64,000 nt of DNA from positions 12,152,001-12,216,000 of the forward strand of contig NC_088858.1 of assembly GCF_963853765.1 (NCBI RefSeq). The letters are read 5' to 3'. The stretch is from Magallana gigas. Taxonomy: Eukaryota. Positions 36,301 to 50,976 of the stretch are shown here, piece after piece (the first letter of the stretch is position 1; the number at the start of each line of letters is the position of its first letter). The translations under genes were made by a program, and so were the position numbers. Below the pieces are notes generated by a model. It had not been told where the DNA came from, did no database searches, and saw only the letters and a program-made list of their open reading frames with translations.

Positions 36301-37308
36301 GATACTGTATAAACAAAAAAATCGGACCAAGCAGCTTTAATAAAAAGGCTGTTACATAATGATTTATTTCTGTTTGACATCTTTTATGTCAAAAAAGAAG
36401 TCAAGATAATTTCAGGCAAAAGTAAACACCTGCCAAATGGAAATGTTTTGTTTTGGGGTCATTGACCTTAATTGTGATTGGGGCGAAAATAAAAAGTGAT
36501 TTACCTCTGTTTGTGTGGTTGTCTGAGGCAGTTTGACATGCGTAGCTTTAATTCCCACAGTGTCAGCATTCTTAAGTTTTTGTTTGATGTAGACATTAGA
36601 GTCTTCCCTGTCACCAACCTTCAAAGTAATTAAATGATCACACCTCAGAAAAAAAGTTTGACAAGTACAAAAATATGGGAAAAGTAACTACTTAATTAGT
36701 AAATGTGCTAATTAAATATCATAGATGTCTTGCATTAAAGAAGAAATTAGTGAGGCCACTTCTCAGAAAAAAAAATAATTTGTACTCAGGGCGTTCAGCC
36801 AAATTATAGCTCGTATAGAAATTTAAAGTAACTTAACAAATATGATGTTTCTTAAAAACTCTTTGATTTAATCACCTTAAAATTTACACAAAGTAAGCAA
36901 TGTCCCATTATTTTTTGAAATTGCTGTTTATGGTAAATGGGATTATTATGATGCATGTAAATGTACACTGCCCCGTACTGACCTGTACAATGGCTAGCCC
37001 AGGTAAAAAGCTAGGGCATTTCTCTTTGTAGCTCTCAATATCTGACTTGAGCTTTGTTCTTATCTCCCTGTTTAAAATAACGCGTTGTGTAATTTATGGT
37101 AATAATTAGATGACAGTCATCATACTCGTTAAGATCATAAAACATGCTAGACCTTTAATCTGCATTAAATTTCCATGAGTAAATTCGAAATAAAAAAAAC
37201 CATGTTCGATTAAATATCGTAAACGGAAGAGTGACAGTTATAAATTTGACGACATCGATATTTGCTGTATTACTCTGATACATCTTTTCCACTCAATATA
37301 TTTGCCAT
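18391..37308 (-). CDS. MTHFD1: C-1-tetrahydrofolate synthase, cytosolic trifunctional, 934 aa, 24 coding exons: 37308-37274, 37067-36983, 36618-36505, 34771-34712, 34609-34533, 33986-33886, 30885-30749, 29531-29420, 29307-29138, 29032-28974, 28840-28667, 28524-28388, 28211-27982, 27851-27749, 27289-27213, 26973-26833, 26736-26668, 26531-26420, 26234-26053, 25572-25472, 25185-25008, 24460-24353, 23639-23487, 18480-18391
   Basis: Exons sum to 2805 nt in frame, all GT-AG. Motifs: [20 protein letters not shown] (YxxxK), [63 protein letters not shown]. No N-terminal targeting extension. Confidence 0.97.
19321..21252 (+). CDS. Intronless RING-less TRIM-like protein (B-box1, B-box2, coiled coil, NHL/beta-propeller), 643 aa, nested antisense in MTHFD1 intron 23
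   Basis: CDFCQEDD...[13 protein letters not shown]...H...H and [34 protein letters not shown]-boxes; helical middle; NHL-type repeats [35 protein letters not shown] splice-acceptor-like site at ~19226 suggests an upstream non-coding exon. Confidence 0.9.
   Translation: MIAEAEEHQGQNIQESEEHQGQNIQESEENAKEELDKSIQPEHVRLNVSREDLRLEIPMTHVRPESPNRPDTPQEHVRPETPTRPATPQVNVTPATPKVPDFSKSIAAQDILKCDFCQEDDAAGEMYCKTCALHLCTACVSRHIESLTSTCFHDIARYKSSRDFIRPVCDFHSDQKCEIFCKECDVPFCSQCLSEGSHKNHDITGICGTYAVLKDKILKDTNYLQENMIPEFEKNVHQMNQWIEETTEQYDQVARTMSQIGNIWREQLEAAIAHHKNKIQASRTKDVQILTKCEESLTEPLAKIREIINKNKQIVSSLDFKQLFEYRSSVENFRRVPHITEINAPSFEQHTSLLNQMVELIGKLGHSKITNIPGYVIRIHMENPTLLTTFQSKYKKGIRRLRCVSKGNAWICGFYDRWLKSFDLNGTTRHRILLKHAPICFSTNNRGDIIFLDDHSANIVQDGENECLFRVTDWKLRSVCCTVHDELLIGMTNFQKTEGKVVRYSGLKIVGEIQRDSEGNLLFCMPYFVQENRNLDICVTEVKLQKILVTDKMGSLRFTYSGNPAAKNTFKPLDIATDSKSQILIVDKSNRCVHIIDKDGQFIRIIGGFDLEEPISISVSLEDNLWVGESKSGIVKVIQYMKE
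22554..23015 (+). mobile_element. Short non-autonomous Helentron-like element (HINE)
   Basis: 5' AACGAGATATTTGTAAAACACTTATGCCCC; two internal ~165-bp related units; GACTGACCGACAGACA microsatellite; 3' hairpin ATGCCCTCCCTT-CTTTG-AAGGGGGGCAT followed by AATAA. Confidence 0.75.
23039..23230. mobile_element. Small MITE
   Basis: Imperfect TIR TATACAGGGAGATATTCGCCCC / GGGGTGAAAATAACCCTGTATA, with internal (T)TGCCC(C/T) repeats. Confidence 0.6.
25845..26005 (+). mobile_element. Truncated copy of the pogo/Tigger-like MITE seen at 38015
   Basis: Begins TA-CAGTAAAACTTGTTTAGT and shares GATATAGCAAA and TGATTTTGAGT motifs with 38015-38501; the right TIR was not found. Confidence 0.55.
29998..30120. repeat. 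Long inverted repeat/hairpin, probable terminus of an unclassified non-autonomous DNA element
   Basis: GCCTGTTTGGGAGGGTAA...GAAATTGACACC pairs with GGTGTCAATTTC...TTACCCTCCCAAACAGGC around a GACGCAAAGCGG loop. Confidence 0.6.
31398..31815 (+). mobile_element. Degenerate Helentron-like (HINE) remnant
   Basis: Internal CCAAGTTT...GCGGTTTAAG motifs, GACTGACT microsatellite, and a degenerate 3' hairpin TTATACTCC...GGGGTATAA. Confidence 0.5.
31951..32219 (+). repeat. Tandem duplication, 138-bp period, in MTHFD1 intron 6
   Basis: Unit starting AACTTTATTCCAGAGACACTGAATAAAA at 31951 recurs at 32089 with only a few differences. Confidence 0.9.
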
Positions 37309-37604
37309 GTTGTTCCTAGTCAAAATCAGATGAATGTTCTTGACTGGTAGTGTGCGATGCAAAGATCATCAAGGGAGATAACTTACAATTTAGGTCGTTC
37401 AAGGCCAATGAGGACAGTAACTACTCGGTCATCTCCGGAATATATTGAAGAGAAAAGAATAACAAAATTGACCAAAGTAACATCAATTTCTATATAAAAA
37501 ACGGTGACATAAAAGTATAAGTATAAAATTGATTGCCGAGAGAATTTCCTGTACGACCTAATTCCGGAAGCAGATGCGCGTGGTTGCCAGCGACAAGCGT
37601 CAAC
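37309..37604. promoter_or_regulatory. Bidirectional promoter shared by MTHFD1 and TTC12
   Basis: Divergent ATGs 297 bp apart; palindromic ETS/GABP-type TTCCGGAA at 37562 and TCCGGAA at 37434; a 70-nt GT-AG intron (37386-37316) is possible in the MTHFD1 5' UTR. Confidence 0.7.
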
Positions 37605-40600
37605 ATGGCTGACCCTAAAACGAAAGACTCCAAGAAATTGGACGAATTCATCACCAAAGTAGATGAAATTGAGACTCTGGTAGGTAACATGTGATGCGTG
37701 TGTGTTCGTACTAAATCCTTAAAAAAGAATTATGAATAACTTCAAACTCTTTTCTAGATACCGATGTATATACATTTGGCATCTTTACATTTTGTCTTTC
37801 ATGGAAGATTCTAGAAAATGATTGTGCATGTTTCATAATACGTTTCTTAAGATATCTCTGAAAGTATGTTTGAAGATGAAGGGTTTGTGATATTTATTTG
37901 TCTTACTGGTTTAATGACCTTTTATAGTCAGTTTCAGGTCAATTTAATATGGTTCATTTGTTGGCAAAATTGCAGCAGTTTGCTCATTTTAGTAACACCA
38001 TAGGTAAACAACTACAGTAAAACTTGTTTAGTCCAAACCCAGGTAAAGCAAAATATCTGATATAGCAACGTTTTGTAGAATTCCTGGCAAAATTATCAAC
38101 AAACTCTTGAAATCTTCAATGATTAAAACAATTACTTTTGTACAACAAATTATGGATATAGCAAATTGATTTTGAGTCTGGTAAGGGTGAAAAATAACAA
38201 AATTTACATTTTTTACAACAAATTGTTTTACTGTTTAACTTATAGAGCAATACTGATTGACAAAAATGTTTGAATGAATTTATTTTCATATAAATCCTTC
38301 AATTAACCATCTAATTATTTCAAATTTCAAAAGAAGGTATTTTTTTTTAGTTGCCTGAATAAGCACAAATTGTAGACAGCATGAAGAAAACATCATAAAG
38401 CAAAATTGCTATACATGTACTTATTAATACAAATTTGTTTTATGAATATATCAAAGTAAATCTACTAGTCCCTGTGACTTCACTGTAACCAAGTTTTACT
38501 GTATTGTACAATGATGACTAATACCATGATTATTGTAATAGACATTTTCTGTTTAATTGAACTTCCTTCTTTAATGTTTCATGCGGGTTTGAAGGTTGCT
38601 AGCATTGCAGAAAAAATAATAAGCCACGTTAGCGGGTTATGTTAATTTTTTTTTGCAATGCTAGCTACCTTCATAGCCCAATTGATTTAAAAAGGCCACA
38701 GACTTTTAGTAGGGTGTAGCTATCTATTCCTTGCGTCAAAACAAGTTAAAAATGATGCGGTTTCAAGCAAAATATGCATTGATTGTGTAGTCTTATCTCA
38801 AAAGTCAGACAAATCTTGTTGATTTCAAAGAGCAATGGATGAGTGGCAATCAATGAAATTGACATATGTCACATTGCTGTTTGACACAACTACCCAAAGT
38901 CCAAGCTCTTGTTAAAATGGTTCTATAGAAATAGAGGAAAAAATACTTGGAGATGTAAATATTGTATTATTATGGTTATATGTATTTGAAATGATCAATG
39001 GTAAAAATGAGATATTAGTACATATTTTAAAAATTCTTTCCCATAAGATATTATATTGTATAATCAATTTCTTTTAGGTGAAAACTCTTAAATATGGAGA
39101 AGATGATGATGTCAAGAAAGCCATGCAGAAAGCTGATGAAATCATTGCCAAAAACCAAGCACAGCTGACTGAGAAACTGAGTCAGACAGAAGAGGATGAA
39201 GAAGAGTCCAAGGAACCCCTGCCTGAAACAAAAACTGGCTTCAGTAAAACTGTCATCAATAAATCATCCTCAGCATCTCAACCTCCATCTTCTCCACAAT
39301 CAATGGGTCCAGTGGACCAGCAAGGTTTCATGGCAGCCATGGAAGCAGATGCAAGGGAGAGAGCAGAAAGGAGGAAGATCGGAGAGAAGCAAGCTAACGA
39401 ATTAAAAGAGAAAGGAAATGAGGAATTTCGGAAAGGAAACTATGAGAAAGCACTGGAACTGTACACGGAAGGGCTGTCTCATCTTAAAGATCATCTTGCC
39501 TTGTGGACAAATAAAGCGCAGACAAATATTAAGTTATGTAGATTCGAGGACGCTCTGGTAGACTGTGATTGGGCAATCAGAGTTTTTCAAAACAGCATGA
39601 AAGCACATGTTCTTATGGGAAAAGCATATATGGGACTAAATAAGTATGAAGAGGCAAGAAAGGCTTACAAGAAAGCTCTTGAATGTGAACCTAGTAAACA
39701 GAATCTTATCAATGATTATTTGGCAGAAGTTGACAGAGCAGAAAGATCCCATCAAGAAGAGGAAAAGGCAAAGGAGGCCTTCCAAGCAGGGGAAAAAGGC
39801 CCAGTAGCTTTGCTCCAACAACTGCAGAAAAAAGACCAACTTCCCATTTATTACAGTGGAGGGTTTCAAGTCTTGAAAAATTTCCTGAAAAACAATGAAC
39901 AGAAAACTCTTTTCAGAACCGAAGGGGGATTCCAAATAATTACTGATCATCCATGTTTCTCTAAATGTTTCTCTGCTTCTCCAAGAAGTTTATCCAAAGA
40001 AGAACTTGATATGTTGAACTCTGGAATAAATATGTTTGCTTTGGCTTGTGAGGAGAATGAAAAAAATCAGGAGGTTCTCTTGTTAACAGAAGGACTGCCA
40101 GAGAAACTTATGAGGTTCATGGAGGTAAAAATCAAAGGGCCGGGTCGTGTTCTGAAATCCAGCTGTGTGAAGATACTTCATACAGTAACTATATCTGTTG
40201 TTGGAAGGTCAATGGTTCTTCAAAGATTTGACATTCCAAGATTATTAACCATTGTGTTCAATTTGATTCGTGTAAATGATGATGCTGCATTAACTGCAGG
40301 ATGTGTTCTGAACAATCTTGCACTTGACAACAAGTTTAAGCAACAGTTGAGGGACAATATTGAAATTGATGTCCTGCCAGCGTTTGAAAATGTTCTGAAA
40401 GACGCATCCAGTAACCAAGCAGTTTTACCTACCTGTGTCTCAACAATTACCAACCTCTCAAATGACGTGGTCATTAGAAAAAAGTTGACAGACAGGAAGG
40501 AGCTGTGGAAAATTCTTGTGGATGCTGTGTTTAACCATAAAGAAAAATTACCTCAGCCCCTTAGTGTTGAGCTTGTTGAAGCATGTTTGGGTCTCATGTT

Positions 40601-41204
40601 TAACTTGACCCATGAACAGACTAGCGTGACATTTAAAGAGTTCAGCCTTCCCATTTGCAAGCAATGTTTGATGATTTGTCAGTCTTTGAAGCACTTTAAA
40701 CTGATGGTGTCTCGTAGTCTTGGTATCTTAAGCCATGTTCTTCCATCTTCCATCCCATCAGTTGACTGGTTTTGTGACAATGGAGGGGTTGAGGTTCTTA
40801 TGTTCATTTTGAAGAATGATGAATCCATCAACAGAAAATATGCCCTGAAGGCTCTCACAGGCTGCACGCAGATTAATGACCACGCCCGTGTCTTCATTGT
40901 GGACCACAAAGGGCTCGGAACACTCATGAAACAGCTCAAAAGTGAGGATGAAACGGTGGTTGGAAATGCTGCACTTTGTCTCAGCCATTGCACTCAGATC
41001 CCCAAGGTGTGTGCAGCTCTGTCTAAGACAGACATCATCAAGGATCTTCTTGTCCTGGCCAGGGATGGAAAGAAATCCGGACTCCAACAGAACTGTGCCA
41101 TTCTAATAGCCAAGCTTGCTCAAGGTGACCAGAGAAACTTAGAGAAACTCAGAGAACTTCATGGTGTTGATATTTTACACGACTGTATGAAATATTTAAA
41201 GTAA
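37605..41204 (+). CDS. TTC12: Tetratricopeptide repeat protein 12 (TPR + armadillo repeats), 733 aa; exons 37605-37679 and 39078-41204
   Basis: The N-terminus KKLDEFITKVDEIETL|VKTL resembles TTC12; TPRs ANELKEKGNEEFRKGNYEKALELYTEGL... and WTNKAQTNIKL; C-terminal ARM repeats (GNAALCLSHC, QQNCAILIAKLA). Phase-0 GT-AG junction. Confidence 0.9.
38015..38501. mobile_element. pogo/Tigger-like (Tc1/mariner superfamily) MITE in the TTC12 intron
   Basis: TIR CAGTAAAACTTG(T)TT / AACCAAGTTTTACTG with TA on both flanks. Confidence 0.75.
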
Positions 41205-43436
41205 AAGATTTTGTGACAAAGGTGCTGAATTTCTGGTCAGTACCAGTATATGGTTTCCATTTTCTTCATTACCCTAACATTTCATTATACTGTGTGCATG
41301 CAGTCTATTTTTGTGATTTCTCTATGAGATGTATTGACAGATTAAATGAAATGAATACACACATTCAGTTTTTTTTTAAAACAAGGAAGAATCTGGTTAT
41401 TGAAATGGTGAAAATGGCGGGCAGGTGAGCGGCTGCCAATTAATAGAGTACCCTCATTGTACGGATAACTCCTCCTACAGTGTCCAAGATAGGGATCGAG
41501 TTGTTCTTTTGCAGATCAATTGTACATGCATATATCAGAGATGTGCATATTGCTAGGATTTTGATTTAATTTTAATAATTTTTGAAAACAAATACCAGCT
41601 GTTTAATTTAGTTATGTTTTTGGCAAAACTATCGCATATAGAATGCCCCATTTCTTTGGATAGGTAGTGTTCATCAATTCAGGGTTAACAAATGGATTAT
41701 GGATTCTGTTCACACAAAAGAAAACCTAGTTTGCTGTCACATTGACAGCTTTTCTCTTGTTATAATTTCCCCTAGAATCTAGCTGTTTTGATAATTTTGA
41801 AGCAGTGCCCATCAAAATACCTGGTTATTTATTCTCCATATGCATGAATTACTGTTATTCATCTATTCTGTTAAGCTTTCTTAAAATAAAATTTTATTAA
41901 TAATGAAATATATTTACTGGTAGATATATTATTAAAAGTGTTTAAAAGAAAGGGGGAAATCTACGTGTACAATATTTGTTTCAAAATATTTGCGGGGGTA
42001 AATCTGAAACCTTTTTTGCAGTAATAATATTTGTTGATTTGACATGCGATATTTTTTTTCTTGGAGTGGAAACTCGATCTCCACTAAAAAAACAAAAACA
42101 AAAAAATATCGTATTTTGTATCATATTTAGCCAAGTGATTTGTGGCGATGCATATTCTGTTAATTATTTTCGGGGTTTTTTTTGTGCACACAAAGCTTTC
42201 AATATATTTTGAGCCCCATTTTGTCCCCTTTCTCTTACCTCTTAGGACTAGGTTACGAGAGAGAGAGAGAGAGAAAGAAAGAGAAATGAAGTGGCTGATG
42301 TATCTCTCTTTCTGAAATGTTCGCTACCTCCTACCTCCATGAATCATAAAAACACCACATTTTGTTGGGTTTTTTAGCATAACGAGAATTTTTTTTAGCG
42401 TTTGTATGAATTTCTCGTCATGATTTTGTGCAAGAACTGCATTTGACTATATACATGTATACTAGTATTGGTACATGTATTTTGAAAGAACAAAAAAATT
42501 AAAGGTTATATAATTAGACATGACTTAAAACTAGTTATAGCTAAAATATATAATGATAAATTAACTACATATGTATTTGGTTCCAATTATTAAGGACAGA
42601 CAAATGGTAGCTCAAAAGATTGTGAAGTTAGTCTTGGACTGCGTTATGTGACTCCCTATCTAATGTGACTTTTTTTATCGGTCCCTTGGATGGTCACGTA
42701 CCGTACTTGGTACATGTAAGACTGTTACAGTCTAGACTGTATATTGGTACATGTATTTTGAAAGTAATTAGACATGAAGACCCTCTTTGCGTGAATAGTA
42801 TTTGATAGACTTTGCTCAAAAACTAGGCTGTAGCTTGTTTTTTAATTTCACAAAAAAAGGAAACCTCAAATTTTAAAAATAGTTTAATGGGGGATTCATG
42901 AACCTTGCACAAAGCATGGAGAACTCAAGTTTGGTCATATAAAGGGCTCCTTCAAATCTTATAGGGAATTTACTGTGTAATAAGGAAGTGTCTAAATAAA
43001 AAAGGGCAGGGAGTTATAAAATCGTCATCTTTAACAAACTCAAATAGCGACTACATTAAAATTAATTAAGCTTTTTATGAATACGATAAGTGTAGAATAT
43101 ATATTATATATACATATTTTTTATATGAAAATATTGCTTTACATACATTTAAAAAAAAAATCAAATCACTCTGACATTTAATAAGACTATAAACTAAGAA
43201 ATGGTCGATTGGATATGTTATGATACAGCCCCTACCCACCCCGGGCCTCCCCTTTTAAAATCATGCGTGCATGAATTTTTGTATAATAAAACACAATGTC
43301 CAGTAAACATCAATTTAAAACAAAATATTATAATTAACTGGGGGCGTGTGTATCAATTGTCAGTTGATTTGTCATAGAATAAAAAAAAGCTAAGCAAATC
43401 TTAATCAAGCGAATAGGTTTCCGTACAAATTGTTTA

Positions 43437-43495
43437 TTCCGGAAGTCGGACGTGGAGAGAAAACTTTTCGGAAAATATTGCGACAGCAAAAGTAC
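43437..43495 (+). promoter_or_regulatory. Putative SRP54 core promoter and first non-coding exon
   Basis: TTCCGGAAGT ETS site at 43437, followed by a CpG-containing stretch and a candidate donor (GTACCT) at ~43492. Confidence 0.45.
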
Positions 43496-43725
43496 CTTTT
43501 TTCTAGAAACTATTAGATTTCCATATGTATGACGTTTAACTCTGGAAATTTTCTTTATTTTAGAAACAGTGTATTACATTAGATGTTTTCTTGACAATGA
43601 AGACAATCTAGTTGCCTGGATATTGTTGAAACAAGAAGAAAAGAAGAGACATATGTCTCTGCTGTGATTGAGAAAATTCCAACTACAACTACACTTGTTT
43701 ATTTATTTTTGATCTGCATACCTAA

Positions 43726-48860
<5,135 letters not shown>

Positions 48861-48990
48861 TGAACTAAATAAGGGGAAGGGATGTGAAAGTTATCTGAAT
48901 TATAGGAAGGGATTAGTAAGTGAATTAAATTATGGGAAGGGATGAGAAAGTGTACTGAATTATGGGAAGGGATGAGAATGTATATGAAAG
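48861..48990 (+). repeat. Degenerate ~30-bp tandem repeat (GAATTATGGGAAGGGATGAGAA core, 4 copies) starting directly after the SRP54 stop
   Basis: GGAAGGGAT recurs four times at ~30-bp spacing. Confidence 0.8.
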
Positions 48991-50976
48991 AATTGTGATA
49001 TGAGTTAGTTGTGAATGGTGTTGCCTGTAATCATGAATTTTTGTTGACTTTTTTATGATTTGTGAATTTAAAACATGTACATGTATTTCTTTGTCATTTG
49101 CCTCATTTGGGACTTTTCAATACATAAATCATACATGTAAATGAGTCCAGTGTAAATTTACCCTCCTTTTGTAAAACATTCTTGTTGACCATTGTGTGCA
49201 TTTTAAGTACAGATTAAATATACAAATGTATTACTAACTGGCTGGTGCAGTTTTGAGTACCCAGTACTATATTAAGGACAGAAAAAAAATACAAATGTAA
49301 TTCTAACTGGATTTCAGAATGGTGGATATGACTTTTTGTGGTAATTGTATTTGTATTGATTACATATTACATGTATGTAACATCTCCATTATTGATTGGA
49401 AAAAAATTTGTTGATGATGTTCACACATTTTATGAAGACCATGGCCTAGATTTAAAAATAAAAAATCTTTCAGAAAAGATGAGTACATGTTTCTGTTTGA
49501 TGGCATGCCATGCCAGAAATGGCTGGGTCTTACAATGGCTACCCTTTGGTCAGTCAGCATTACCGTACCTTTTTTTCTGCTTCACTTCCAGTCAATGACC
49601 TCTGCTTCTTGATACTGAGCTGGTCATTGGAACATGCTTCCATATTCTTAACTTGAGCACAAAATCAAAGTAACCTACTTGCAAAAAAGATTTTGCCCTT
49701 GTGAAAGGATAATCATTTATTCCCAGCATACATGTACTATTGTTGGTATGCAGTCTTAGTAGGTTGATAGATTAAGTGATGTCATATCTCCAGTTGGGCA
49801 GATATCAGACATGATACACCCTGCAGGAAGTAGATGAACCAAATTGGTATTAAGGTTATAAGGTCAAAGTTGAAAGGTCAAACTAATTTTGACAATACAT
49901 GTAATTGGTAGGTTAAAAGTTGTCCTCCCAATCTTGAGAACAAATATGCTTAACAGAAATAAAACTGGTTCACCCGTATATATACCTCCTAGGAATTGAA
50001 GACCATTAATGATTTTATGGTTATAAGGTCAATCTCCAGGGAACTCTGGAAATCAACTGTAAACTGTTGTCATTTCAATAGTTTGAACTCACTTTGTTCA
50101 AGAGGCATTAAACTGAGTTCACTGATACCCCTTCAGGAGTAATAGTATAAGATGATAAAAACCTGGAAGGCATCATCTATTGGAAGTCAACCATATTTAC
50201 AATGATCTTTGTTGCAGATAAACTGTGTAGTTTTGTAATTGAAGGAAATAATCATTTGAAGTCATGTTTCCTGTTATGTCAGCATTAGGTACATTTTTAA
50301 AAGCTCTGCTTTCAATGGCTACAGAAATCCATTGATTGATTTGAAAAATGTGCATATAAAGGGTAAATCTATTGAAATAAACTGTGGAATCACATATTGT
50401 TTGCTAATAATTTTATTGGAAAAACAGCTGATAGTAAAACAATTATGATCGATTGTAAAACAATAGGTATAATAAAAAATACAATATATGATCACAGTGT
50501 CATGTTTAAGAGGAAAAAAATGTAACTTACATTTGTAAACCTCTCTAAAACACTTACAACAGAGGAAATAAAAAACAAAAGCAAGGAGAAAAGGAATTCT
50601 TCAGATCTCTGACTTCCATCCATGTTTTCCTATACACCAGTCCACCTTACAACGGTGAACTGAAAAGTTTGCATATTCATAGTAATTCTCATGGAAATTG
50701 ATTATAACACTTTTAAAACTTAAGACTAGCGTTCATAGCAACAAAGCGCAAGACTAGAGTGTTCATAAGCTTTCATAGCAATGACAAGTAGCATTGTAAA
50801 TACCAGTACATGTATACATTTACAATCTGATATGCATTGTTAAAATCAGATTCAACACAGCCTTTATATATACACCTTTCCTATGTAGTTCAAACTTGGG
50901 AATGGGTTGTTCATTTGATGAGGTCATCTGGTCTCGGACATCCACTACATTTGAGTTATCTGTGTGTCAGTTTCCG

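Noticed and set aside
35897-36380. Overlapping minus-strand ORFs of 99 and 133 aa in MTHFD1 intron 3
   Set aside because: No recognisable domain; low-complexity AT-rich composition; not phase-linked to any exon.
37309-37610. Mitochondrial-targeting N-terminal extension of MTHFD1 via the upstream exon ending at 37387
   Set aside because: The frame is open through the candidate 70-nt intron, but I found no in-frame ATG up to the TTC12 start, so it is treated as 5' UTR.
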